Shown here piece by piece: positions 50,145 to 59,235 of a DNA stretch of 64,000 nucleotides. This stretch comes from a virus. The DNA is taken from positions 32,001 to 96,000 of IMG/VR virus record IMGVR_UViG_3300032093_000042. One strand, 5' to 3'. How positions within the stretch are numbered: position 1 is the first letter of the stretch; the number at the start of each line of letters is the position of its first letter. Under the pieces are notes generated by a model. That model was given only the letters and a program-made list of their open reading frames with translations, ran no database searches and had not been told where the DNA came from. The position numbers and the translations under genes were made by a program.

Positions 50145-50738
50145 TTAAATGGATCCGAAAGTTGTGTTAATTCTATCAATAAAATCAGTAAGAGTTTTTG
50201 TTTTTTCAGAAATGTTACGATCATCAAAACTACTACTTAACAAGTCTAATATTTCTTTTTCCGTTTTGTCAGGAAAAGTTCTTTGAATAAAACAAGCATA
50301 TTTGTATGTACCATCATTTTTATCAATTAATTTTTTAAATACAAATTTTTTGTTAGTACCATTACTGCTTACTTCAGTATAAATTTCGTTATTTTGTTTA
50401 TCTATTTTAAAAGTTGTTTTTCCAAATCCAGAAAATCCAGTTTGTTTACCCTGAAACATTTCATATTCCTTTTCATCAAACGGTACACCAACTTGTTTTG
50501 ATAAATGTTGTTTGAAACTTACTCCCTTTACTCTTTTTACTTTACTTAAACTATATTCATTTTCTTTTATTTGATTTAAAATTTCTTTTAATTTAGTAAA
50601 ATGTTTAACGCTACTGGGTTTAATGGTACGTGCCATTTTACGAACGTTAGAAGATACATCATTGTTATTAACATTACCTTTTTGTATGGCTCTCACCAAT
50701 TTAAATAGATTTGCTTGTTTTTGACTTTTTGCAGGCAT
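50145..50738 (-). CDS. hypothetical protein with an MPAKSQKQ N-terminus
   Basis: Basic N-terminal MPAKS..Q...F motif common in phage proteins; TATTTATT 5 nt upstream on its coding strand. Confidence 0.7.
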   Translation of the reverse strand: MPAKSQKQANLFKLVRAIQKGNVNNNDVSSNVRKMARTIKPSSVKHFTKLKEILNQIKENEYSLSKVKRVKGVSFKQHLSKQVGVPFDEKEYEMFQGKQTGFSGFGKTTFKIDKQNNEIYTEVSSNGTNKKFVFKKLIDKNDGTYKYACFIQRTFPDKTEKEILDLLSSSFDDRNISEKTKTLTDFIDRINTTFGSI

Positions 50739-50892
50739 ATATCAATAAATATAAACTTTTTTATTATATTTTGATTTTTATTATATATTTATTAATCAAA
50801 TACATCATTCTTTGATGTGACTTAAATTTATCTTCTTTGGAGTTCTTAATAACTTCACAAACACATAACAATAAGAAAGGCAGTAATATAAT

Positions 50893-52002
50893 ATGAGCGA
50901 TCTATTAAAAGAAAGTATCGCGGATGCTAAAGCTGTACGTGAAACGGCACTAGCAAACGCAAAAAGTTTTCTCGAAGAAAACTTTGCAGCAAGCGTAAAA
51001 GAAATGTTTGCTGAAAAACTAAAGGAAGAAATGGCTGAAGACGATTCCGCCGAAGAAACCGAAGGAGATAAAATTGAAGAAAAATTGGGATCTTCAGGTA
51101 TCGGCAAAGATGATAGCAATCTTGCTTCTAAACAACATCCCACAAAACCTTCTACTGTAGCAAATAAAAACACAACTCCCGCCGGTAAACAAGAATTTGA
51201 TGTAAAATTGGAAGAATCTTCAACAGAAGATGGCGCCGAAGTTACAAGTGAAGAGTTGGATGAAATTCTAGCAGAATTAGAAAGCGAAGTTTCTGAAAAT
51301 ACAGAAGGTGCTTCAGACGTAGCAGAAGTTGACGATTCTTGTGAAATGGACGAAGAAATCAGTTTGGATGAACTTCTAGCTGAATTAGAAGGTGAAGAAG
51401 CCGCGCCAGCTCCTGCTCCAGCAGCTGCAGCTCCAACACCAGCTCCAGCAGATCCTACAGCAGTTCAAGTGCCGGCAGCTCCAGTAGCACCTGCCGCTCC
51501 TGAAGATCAAACTCAGATGCCAGGTCAAGTACCCTCTCCTGTAGCTGAAGGCGACGTTACAGCCGACGAAATGGCAGAAGCACTAATTGCAATTAACGAA
51601 GAAAACGAAACTCTTAAGAAACAGTTGGGTGAAGCACTGAATACCGTAAAATATATGAAGGGTGTTCTAGCCGAAACCAATTTATTGAATGCTAAGTTGC
51701 TTTATACCAATAAACTATTTAAAGGTAAAGGTTTAACCGAAGATCAAAAGCTTAAGATCATTAACACTTTCGACTTGACCAAGAATATTCGTGAAGTCAA
51801 GTTGGCATATACAGTTTTGGCCGAATCACTTAATTCCGGTGCATCAGTTGTCAAGAAAAAGACTAATACAACTGCTCAAACTATCACCGAAGGTTTGGCA
51901 AGCAAACCAGTATCATCAACAAAGCCTGATTCTACCATTGTAGAACCTCAAGCCGATGTGATGACTTCAAGATTCCAAAAACTCGCAGGAATCAAGAAGT
52001 AA
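50893..52002 (+). CDS. prohead scaffold/core protein (gp22-like)
   Basis: LLKESIADAKAVRETA.ANAK; very acidic with a Pro/Ala linker; NLLNAKLLY.NKL; C-terminal RFQKLAGI; directly upstream of the MCP; GAAAGG SD. Confidence 0.85.
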   Translation: MSDLLKESIADAKAVRETALANAKSFLEENFAASVKEMFAEKLKEEMAEDDSAEETEGDKIEEKLGSSGIGKDDSNLASKQHPTKPSTVANKNTTPAGKQEFDVKLEESSTEDGAEVTSEELDEILAELESEVSENTEGASDVAEVDDSCEMDEEISLDELLAELEGEEAAPAPAPAAAAPTPAPADPTAVQVPAAPVAPAAPEDQTQMPGQVPSPVAEGDVTADEMAEALIAINEENETLKKQLGEALNTVKYMKGVLAETNLLNAKLLYTNKLFKGKGLTEDQKLKIINTFDLTKNIREVKLAYTVLAESLNSGASVVKKKTNTTAQTITEGLASKPVSSTKPDSTIVEPQADVMTSRFQKLAGIKK

Positions 52003-52055
52003 AATTAGTTTGCGAGTAAAAACCTAACAGTAATTAATATAGAAAGAAACAAAAT

Positions 52056-53882
52056 ATGAGTATGGATGTAAAGAGTCTATTGACAAATAATATGAATCCA
52101 CAAGCCAAATTGATGGCTGAAACCCGTGGATTACAAAACAAATGGGAAAAGACAGGCCTACTAGAAGGTTGTGCTGGTGTTGAAAAGGCACACATGTCTA
52201 TCCTCTTGGAAAACCAAGCAAAACAATTGCTTGACGAAGCAACCACCACTGGTACTTCTACCAGTTCTGAACAATGGGCTGGCGTAGCTCTTCCATTGGT
52301 TCGTCGTGTGTTCGCTGAGATCGCTGCGAAGGAATTCGTAAGCGTTCAACCAATGAACCTACCATCAGGTCTAATTTTCTATTTAGACTTCAAGTATGGT
52401 ACAACCGCTCCTGGTACCGACTTACGTAATTTGAATAACGGTAGTGCTAAAACCACACGTGCCGGTAAACAATTGAACGATAGTTTGTTCGGTGGTACAG
52501 GTAAGAAATTGGGTTCTACCGACGACGCTGTTCGTGGTTTATATGGTCAAGGCGCATATGCTTATTCAGTTCGTCCAGTAAGTAGCTCTGCTATTACACT
52601 AACAAAAGTAGCAGGTACTACATCCACTGGTAATACAATTCAAACAGCTTCTTGGAATGACGTGCAATTTGCTAGCGAATTGAGTTCGTCCGTAGTAGCT
52701 AAGAAATTGTTCAAGGTAATCTTGAATCATGACGACAATACTTCCGGTATTGCTGCTAATGGATATGTATATAATGCAGATTTAAACGCAGCTCGTTCAT
52801 TCAATTTAATCTCAGGATCAACTACACCAACTACCTTACAAAGTAGTGGTCTCGTATTGAATACATACACTAAGGCAATCAATACAGGCAGTTTGGGAGA
52901 TCCATTCTATCAAACCGTATATATCGTATCAGCATCTAACAGTGCATTTGGCGGTGCGTCAAGCAAGGTTAAATTGATCTATAGTCTACAACCTACCGAC
53001 AACCTACGTGGTGATTTTGAAGCTGGCAAGACTGCCGGTGAAGGATCCGGTACGGCCGGTAACGTTGCTACACAAAGCATTGATACCGATATCAGTATCC
53101 CAGAAGTTAACTTGGTACTAAACAGCGAACCTATCGTTGCTAAAACTCGTAAACTAAAGGCAGTCTGGACCCCAGAATTGGCTCAAGACTTGAATGCTTA
53201 CCACTCTATCGATGCAGAAGCAGAACTTACTGCTCTATTGAGTGAATATGTAAGTATGGAAATTGATCTTGAAATCCTAGATATGTTGAACGAATCCGTT
53301 CAAGGTATCACAACCGAAGCTTGGTCCGCCCAAATCGGCGTTGAGTTCAGCAAGTCAATCAACGCAACAACCGGTGAAGCAGTCTTCACACGTAATGCAA
53401 ACAGTTCACCAAACCGTACTGCTTACGTAAAGAGCACCTGGTTCCAAACTCTTGGTAACAAGATTCAAAAGGTGTCTAACACAATCCAAAAATTGACCCT
53501 CCGTGGTGGTGCTAACTTCTTGGTCGTAAGTCCAGACGTAGCAACAATCTTGGAATCAATCCCAGGATATGTTGTAAACACTGACGGCGATCAAGCTAAG
53601 TTCGCAATGGGCGTAAGCCGTGTTGGTAGCTTCGCAAGTCGCTTCCAAGTTTACAAGAACCCATACATGACCGATAACGTAGTATTGGTTGGTTTCCGCG
53701 GAAACAACTTCCTAGAAACCGGTGCTGTATATGCTCCTTATATCCCACTAATCCAAACTCCATTGGTCTATGATCCAGTGAACTTCACACCACGTAGAGG
53801 CGTAATGACCCGCTACGCTAAGAAGGTAGTGCGCCCAGAGTTCTATGGAAAAGTATTAATCGGTGATCTCGATACCGTATAA
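52056..53882 (+). CDS. gp23: major capsid protein (gp23-like)
   Basis: KW..TGLLEG, LLENQ, LPLVRRVF, VSVQPM..PSGLIFYLDF, AKTRKLKA.WT.ELAQDL.AYH..DAE.EL, G.VYAPYIPL, F.P..G.MTRY. Confidence 0.97.
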   Translation: MSMDVKSLLTNNMNPQAKLMAETRGLQNKWEKTGLLEGCAGVEKAHMSILLENQAKQLLDEATTTGTSTSSEQWAGVALPLVRRVFAEIAAKEFVSVQPMNLPSGLIFYLDFKYGTTAPGTDLRNLNNGSAKTTRAGKQLNDSLFGGTGKKLGSTDDAVRGLYGQGAYAYSVRPVSSSAITLTKVAGTTSTGNTIQTASWNDVQFASELSSSVVAKKLFKVILNHDDNTSGIAANGYVYNADLNAARSFNLISGSTTPTTLQSSGLVLNTYTKAINTGSLGDPFYQTVYIVSASNSAFGGASSKVKLIYSLQPTDNLRGDFEAGKTAGEGSGTAGNVATQSIDTDISIPEVNLVLNSEPIVAKTRKLKAVWTPELAQDLNAYHSIDAEAELTALLSEYVSMEIDLEILDMLNESVQGITTEAWSAQIGVEFSKSINATTGEAVFTRNANSSPNRTAYVKSTWFQTLGNKIQKVSNTIQKLTLRGGANFLVVSPDVATILESIPGYVVNTDGDQAKFAMGVSRVGSFASRFQVYKNPYMTDNVVLVGFRGNNFLETGAVYAPYIPLIQTPLVYDPVNFTPRRGVMTRYAKKVVRPEFYGKVLIGDLDTV

Positions 53883-53906
53883 TACTTAGTAGAAATAAAA
53901 TAACTC

Positions 53907-53936
53907 AAAAACCCCAACGAAAGTTGGGGTTTTTTA
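53907..53936. terminator. bidirectional rho-independent terminator between the convergent MCP and mom-like genes
   Basis: aaaaaccccaac-GAAA-gttggggtttttt, with A and T tracts on both sides. Confidence 0.9.
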
Positions 53937-54707
53937 TTCAAAAAATTGGTTATTATTTTGTACAATTATTTCTTGAACTTCTTCTTTGAATGAAGCATTT
54001 TTGGGGTAATCAAGAACTTTATGTTTTAGTGATTTGACAAGTTTCTTGTTCTCTATTTTGTTGCTAATAAATTTGATATAACGATACTTGCCACTTTCAC
54101 GTTTACGCCAAAATGTTCTACCTATACGTTCTTTAAGTTTATCTACACTGTGTGTTTTCCACTTAGCATATACACTTCTACTGTGTATCCATTTATAATT
54201 TGGAGGTCCATCTAAACTAACACTATAGTTGGGCATTAGTGCTACATCAACATAATTGTCTCCTTGAAAAAGAAAGCCCGTAGCTTGGTATATTGTACCT
54301 TTATGTCCTACTTCACTATCAGCATAACTTAAAATACATTTTATGTGGGGGTGTTCTTTATTGAGTAATCTAAAACTTTCAGCTATACAATAACTTTCTA
54401 TATTCTTGCCGTAACCGTCTGCAATCCACAGTCTTGTTAATTCTAACACATTATTGTTAACAAGTAGTGGTGATATACTGGTACTGGCGTTTCTACCCAC
54501 GGCATTTCCATATACCAATACACCTATTAATCTTTCGTTAAATCCACCAAAGAATGTACTCTCAATATATTCTTTGTAATAAACTCCATAAGCTACTGTA
54601 CATAGACTCCATTTGTGAGTATAATGATTCTTTTCAATAAGTGTTTTTGCAACATTCTTATTGATGCTTTTGAGGTAAATTAATGTGGGATCAAAATACT
54701 CGGACAT
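53934..54707 (-). CDS. mom: Mom-like (GNAT-fold) DNA modification protein
   Basis: IEKNHYTH, LIGV.VYG, LELTRLW, ES..IA..FR.L, ILSYAD...H.GTIYQATGF, K.RYI motifs of phage Mu Mom-like proteins. Confidence 0.8.
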   Translation of the reverse strand: MSEYFDPTLIYLKSINKNVAKTLIEKNHYTHKWSLCTVAYGVYYKEYIESTFFGGFNERLIGVLVYGNAVGRNASTSISPLLVNNNVLELTRLWIADGYGKNIESYCIAESFRLLNKEHPHIKCILSYADSEVGHKGTIYQATGFLFQGDNYVDVALMPNYSVSLDGPPNYKWIHSRSVYAKWKTHSVDKLKERIGRTFWRKRESGKYRYIKFISNKIENKKLVKSLKHKVLDYPKNASFKEEVQEIIVQNNNQFFE

Positions 54708-54713
54708 AAAACA

Positions 54714-54741
54714 AGTATATCATATGTTTGTCAAAATACAA
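54714..54741 (-). promoter_or_regulatory. sigma70-type promoter (extended -10) for the mom-like gene, probably leaderless
   Basis: Minus strand TTGTAT-16 nt-TATACT with TGa extension; ATG 6 nt downstream; same TGATATACT as the primase promoter. Confidence 0.65.
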
Positions 54742-54772
54742 GTTTTTATATTATGTTTGATATTTATATTAT

Positions 54773-55696
54773 ATGAAAATTTTTATTTTATCAGTTTTAT
54801 CTCTTAGTGTATTAACCAGCTGTAAAACGCCGAATGTAGATAAAATACAAAAAACAAAAGACGCTTTGACCGAAACCAGAGTAGAAAAGGCTAAAAATAA
54901 CGATGAAAAATTGCAAGTTGTTTCTACACTTGCGGCGGGTACAGATTATTCTTTGAAAGCTGTAACAAATCCGCCTGTACAAGTTAAAACTGCTTTAGAC
55001 TATAATAGTAGAATATTAAGTATTGCGGGCAATCCAAATGTTGATGAACTAAACAAGATGAAACAAATTACGGATTTGTTGAACAGTGAAATTGAAAAAG
55101 AAAAAGAAAAGGGTGGTAAATTATTAAAAGAAAAAGATGTATTAATACAAGATTTACAAAATAAACAAAAAGAAATACACGATAGATACGAAGCTCAAAT
55201 AAAAGGACTTGAAATACAAGCTTCTCAGGTTGCTAAAAAAGCTGATGCTTTACAAATAACCGTTGATGAGGTGAACAGTTGGATGGGATTAGGTGGAGTA
55301 ATGTATGGATTAAAAAGATTTGTAACTATAGGTGTTACAGGAATATTAATATTTTTAGTGTGTTTTATGGTTTTAAGATTTTTGGCAGCGACGAATCCTA
55401 TTGCAGGTGCAATATTTTCAATAGTCGAACATATAGTTGGCATGTTCATTAATATTTTAAAAGGACTTGCTCCGAAAGCTTTGCAATTTAGTAATCATAT
55501 TGAATTGCCTATCTTTAATAAGTACAAAGATACTTTGGATACGGTTGTGGATACACTTGAAAATTTAAAAACCATTCAAAAAAGAGCTAATGTTCAAGTA
55601 ACATTAAACGATGTGTTTGTTGAATTAGATAAAAATTTAGATTCACAAGAAAAGATTTTAGTAGGAGAATTAAAATCAATTAATAAATATGGATAA
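54773..55696 (+). CDS. lipoprotein with a coiled coil and C-terminal TM segment(s); unimolecular spanin candidate
   Basis: Signal peptide with lipobox LTS-C17, about 150-aa helical region, then hydrophobic FVTIGVTGILIFLVCFMVL. Confidence 0.6.
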   Translation: MKIFILSVLSLSVLTSCKTPNVDKIQKTKDALTETRVEKAKNNDEKLQVVSTLAAGTDYSLKAVTNPPVQVKTALDYNSRILSIAGNPNVDELNKMKQITDLLNSEIEKEKEKGGKLLKEKDVLIQDLQNKQKEIHDRYEAQIKGLEIQASQVAKKADALQITVDEVNSWMGLGGVMYGLKRFVTIGVTGILIFLVCFMVLRFLAATNPIAGAIFSIVEHIVGMFINILKGLAPKALQFSNHIELPIFNKYKDTLDTVVDTLENLKTIQKRANVQVTLNDVFVELDKNLDSQEKILVGELKSINKYG

Positions 55697-55707
55697 TATT
55701 TATAACT

Positions 55708-56310
55708 ATGATCAAATTTAACGATTTAATGGATAATGAAGAGTTGTGTGGCATGACTCTTGCACAAGACGCAGTTGTTAGTGATAATTTAAAATATCAT
55801 CTTGAAAAACAAATACCATTAAGTGAAAATATTTTTAGAACTTATAGCGATAGTTATTTTGAGTTGTTGGAAGAAGTTCGTAGTTTATATCTCAACAACC
55901 AAATTGAATTATGTGATCCAGACGCTGAATTGGTGGAAAGTGATCTTGGTAAAAAAGAACTCTTCGAAGGTAGAGAAGTTTATTTGGATGCACCTATTGA
56001 AGTAGATGAAGACATTTTGATGGAAGCTAAACATCGGGGTAGAAATGTCACTCTTAATAGACCAATTAGAACTCCAGGCGGACCAAAGAAGTATGCTGTG
56101 TATGTAAAATCAAAAAGTGGCAAAATTAAAAAAGTAACATTTGGAGATCCTAATTTGAGAGTCAGAGGTCGTAGTAAAGCTCGCCGTAAGAGTTTTGCTG
56201 CTAGACATAAATGTGCACAAAAGAAAGATAGAACGACTGCTGGATATTGGAGTTGTCGTAGTCATCGTATTCGTAGTTTAGGCAATAAAGGCAGAGGCAA
56301 GTACTGGTAA
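55708..56310 (+). CDS. protein with an acidic N-terminal half and a very basic C-terminal domain (putative internal head/DNA-binding protein)
   Basis: KKVTFGDPN...RRKSFAARHKC...TAGYWSC; ILME|A junction. Confidence 0.7.
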   Translation: MIKFNDLMDNEELCGMTLAQDAVVSDNLKYHLEKQIPLSENIFRTYSDSYFELLEEVRSLYLNNQIELCDPDAELVESDLGKKELFEGREVYLDAPIEVDEDILMEAKHRGRNVTLNRPIRTPGGPKKYAVYVKSKSGKIKKVTFGDPNLRVRGRSKARRKSFAARHKCAQKKDRTTAGYWSCRSHRIRSLGNKGRGKYW

Positions 56311-56576
56311 TGAATCTGCCGTTCACAGAAAAGTTGTTGGGTAATAATCAGTATATAAGAGAATTTGATGCTGATGTAGATACTCATGAATTAGAATGGC
56401 ATATAGATCGTGAAGATAGAACAATAGAAGTTATAGAAAATGTGGATTGGCAAGTTCAATTAGATAATAATCTACCACAATTACTTAGAGAAACAATATT
56501 TATACCTAAAGAAACATATCACCGTGTAATAAAAGGTAACGGTAATTTAAAAGTAAAAATAACAAAACACATATGA
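56310..56576 (+). CDS. small cupin-fold protein
   Basis: WH.D.EDR...W and IFIPKETYHRV cupin motifs. Confidence 0.7.
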   Translation: MNLPFTEKLLGNNQYIREFDADVDTHELEWHIDREDRTIEVIENVDWQVQLDNNLPQLLRETIFIPKETYHRVIKGNGNLKVKITKHI

Positions 56577-57883
56577 AACTTATAGATTTATTAAACGAAG
56601 TAAAAATGTATAAAAGTTTGGGTTTGACTGCTGACGGTATTATCCCACTAGATACGTTTGTATGTGAATGTAAAAATTGCGTAAATCAATCTCTATATGA
56701 AGCTATAAATGATGCCGATAACAATTTGAATATATATTTGACCGAAGCGAACAAAAAGGAGCCTATTAGTTATGAGCTGGCCGAATTAATGAAGAATATT
56801 ATCCGTGACACTCGAGGAAGACTAAAACTATTGAGTGTATTAAGCGATCCAAAAACACTGAAGTCTTTCTTGGATGACAAAGGATATTTGACTGCAATTT
56901 TATATTTGGCTCCATCTGATTCATCGGGTCATGAAGTGTGTCCAAAGAAAAGTCCAGAATGTAACGCTGGTTGTTTGAATTTTGCTGGTAACCCTGCATA
57001 TCTAAAAGCAAAATTAGCAGCAAGAACTAGAAAAACTCGTTGGTTGTTTGGTGATAAATTGACATCTGATGAGATGAAAAATATTCCTACAGATCCAAAA
57101 ATTATAGATAGATTTTATGGCAAAGGTAGACCCGGACCAGAAGGCAAGCGTGGTAGAATATTGAACCCAATGCGCCCTGAAGACTTCATCGAAAGATTGC
57201 AAATTGAAATGGAGTTTTTGAAAAAAGTGGCTGATAAATACAATTTAAAGTTGGCAGTTAGATTAAACGGCACGAGCGATATTGATTTTCATAAAAAATT
57301 GGAAAGTTGGAAATTTGCAAATCCAGATGTTAAATTTTATGACTATACAGCTGTGTTTAAATGGGCAATGCAAAGTCTCGAAGATCCTTCAAACCCACAT
57401 ATGACTTTTTCAAGAAAAGAAACTTTACAAAATAATATAGAATGTGAAAAATATTTGAAGTCAGGCGGTAATATTTCTGCAATATTTGATGAATTACCAG
57501 AATATTATCGTGGTTATAAAGTAATTGATGCAGATAGAACCGATTTAAGATTTTTAGACGATGTTGATCGTCCGATTGATCCCGATACAGGTAAACCCGT
57601 GGGTGTAATCGCCGGATTAAAGATGAAGGGATTTAGGTTAAAGGACGCATTTGCATTGGGTATAATACAAAATAAGGGACCGGAAGATACATTTGTAATA
57701 AGAACCAAGGAATTGAGGGAAAGATTTGGAGATAAGTATTTTACACAAAAAATCTATTGGGGTGATCGTGCGCCAACAGAGCCAAACAATATTACTGCTA
57801 AACAGATCTATAAAGATAAAATCAAGAATTATTTAAATAAAATTTTAAGTAAATTGAAAGGTGCCGCCGATAAAACGAATTAA
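56573..57883 (+). CDS. GP88-like (radical-SAM-like Cys cluster) protein with MKLIDLLNE leader
   Basis: ILYLAP...SG..VCP..S..C...CL..AG, AVRLNGTSD, FYDYT, TFS, D.TDLRFLD, GLK.KG. Confidence 0.7.
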   Translation: MKLIDLLNEVKMYKSLGLTADGIIPLDTFVCECKNCVNQSLYEAINDADNNLNIYLTEANKKEPISYELAELMKNIIRDTRGRLKLLSVLSDPKTLKSFLDDKGYLTAILYLAPSDSSGHEVCPKKSPECNAGCLNFAGNPAYLKAKLAARTRKTRWLFGDKLTSDEMKNIPTDPKIIDRFYGKGRPGPEGKRGRILNPMRPEDFIERLQIEMEFLKKVADKYNLKLAVRLNGTSDIDFHKKLESWKFANPDVKFYDYTAVFKWAMQSLEDPSNPHMTFSRKETLQNNIECEKYLKSGGNISAIFDELPEYYRGYKVIDADRTDLRFLDDVDRPIDPDTGKPVGVIAGLKMKGFRLKDAFALGIIQNKGPEDTFVIRTKELRERFGDKYFTQKIYWGDRAPTEPNNITAKQIYKDKIKNYLNKILSKLKGAADKTN

Positions 57884-57948
57884 AAATATGATATGTAAAT
57901 TAACAAATTATAAACTGTATATTTTTGTTGTTTAGATATTTATAATTA

Positions 57949-59235
57949 ATGAGTGCTAATTTGGACCAAGACAGAGTGAGGTGGCCTGGGAGTGGAAGTG
58001 CTGTTAATAGCGGCAGTGTTCCATTCGGCTATTATCTAGACGAAACCTGTACATCAGGCGAGACTACATTTGAAAATGATTGTAGTAGCAGCGCGATGTG
58101 GGCAGCAAAACGTCTTGGATACCCGATTGTTGACATAGAAATGATTGATGTCAATTTTTATGCTTGTTTTGAAGAAGCTACGTTAGAATATAATCGTGTA
58201 ATTAATGAATTTAATATCGTAAATAACTTAGTATCATTACAAGGTTTACCACAAAGTAAGTACGATAATTTAACCGGGTTGGCAATGAAAAGTACAGGGT
58301 TGCCTTATGTTGTACAACTAAGCAAACAATATGGCGCAGAAGCATTGGTCGGTGGAGAATATGAAGTAAAAAGAAATTATATTAGTATTACAGGCAGTAG
58401 CAATCCGGCTAATACAAATCAAGTCTATGACTTAAATGCTTTAATAGGCGAAAATATAGAACATCTTACTGGATCTAGAATAGAAGTGAAAAGAGTGTTT
58501 CATTACAGACCACCAGCTATAGCACGTATTTATGATCCATTTAGTATGACAGGTATGAGCTACAGCAACGTACTTACCGAAATGGGATTTAGCGCATATA
58601 GTCCAGCAACACAATTCTTAATGACTCCTATATTTGAGGATTTGGAACGTGTACAAGCAATTGAATTCAACGATATGGTTAGAAAAAGTGCTTATAGCTT
58701 TGAAATATTAGGAAACAACAAATTAAGAATATTTCCTATACCAACCGACAGTTTTAAAATTTATATAGATTATATCGTTGAAAGTGAACGTGATATAACA
58801 AACTTTTACAGCGGATCTCGTTACGAATATATTAGTGATCCAAGCGATGTGCCTTACGAAAATTGTACTTACTGCAAAATTAATCAGCCTGGCAAACAAT
58901 GGATTAAAAAATATTTTCTAGCTTTATGTAAAGAAACACTCGGTCGTATTCTTCAAAAATATAGTACCGTTCCAATTCCGGGTGGTGAAGTTACATTAGA
59001 CGGTGCCGAATTAAGATCCGAAGCTAAAGAAGAAAAAGACACTTTGCTTGAAAAATTAAGAGATATGTTGGAAAAAACCTTGAGGGTTACACAATTGGAA
59101 AACAAGGGCAAAGAAGGTGAAGAAATGCAAAAGATGTTAGCTAGAGTACCACTACACATTTATATAGGGGTTTGGGCGTTTTTATTAATATATATTAATA
59201 TATGGACAAACATCAATGTGGTATCTGCGGTTTAA
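57949..59235 (+). CDS. neck/head-completion protein (gp13-like)
   Basis: AKRLGYP.VDIE, WIKKY.LAL.KE.LG...KY...PIPGGEVTLDG..L..EA, PL.IYIG. Confidence 0.85.
   Translation: MSANLDQDRVRWPGSGSAVNSGSVPFGYYLDETCTSGETTFENDCSSSAMWAAKRLGYPIVDIEMIDVNFYACFEEATLEYNRVINEFNIVNNLVSLQGLPQSKYDNLTGLAMKSTGLPYVVQLSKQYGAEALVGGEYEVKRNYISITGSSNPANTNQVYDLNALIGENIEHLTGSRIEVKRVFHYRPPAIARIYDPFSMTGMSYSNVLTEMGFSAYSPATQFLMTPIFEDLERVQAIEFNDMVRKSAYSFEILGNNKLRIFPIPTDSFKIYIDYIVESERDITNFYSGSRYEYISDPSDVPYENCTYCKINQPGKQWIKKYFLALCKETLGRILQKYSTVPIPGGEVTLDGAELRSEAKEEKDTLLEKLRDMLEKTLRVTQLENKGKEGEEMQKMLARVPLHIYIGVWAFLLIYINIWTNINVVSAV

Noticed and set aside
7774-50227. ORF-track starts at 7774, 31001, 32745, 39205 and 50227
   Set aside because: Downstream ATGs (7864, 31025, 32757, 39241, 50143) avoid long overlaps and fit domain starts or promoter spacing better
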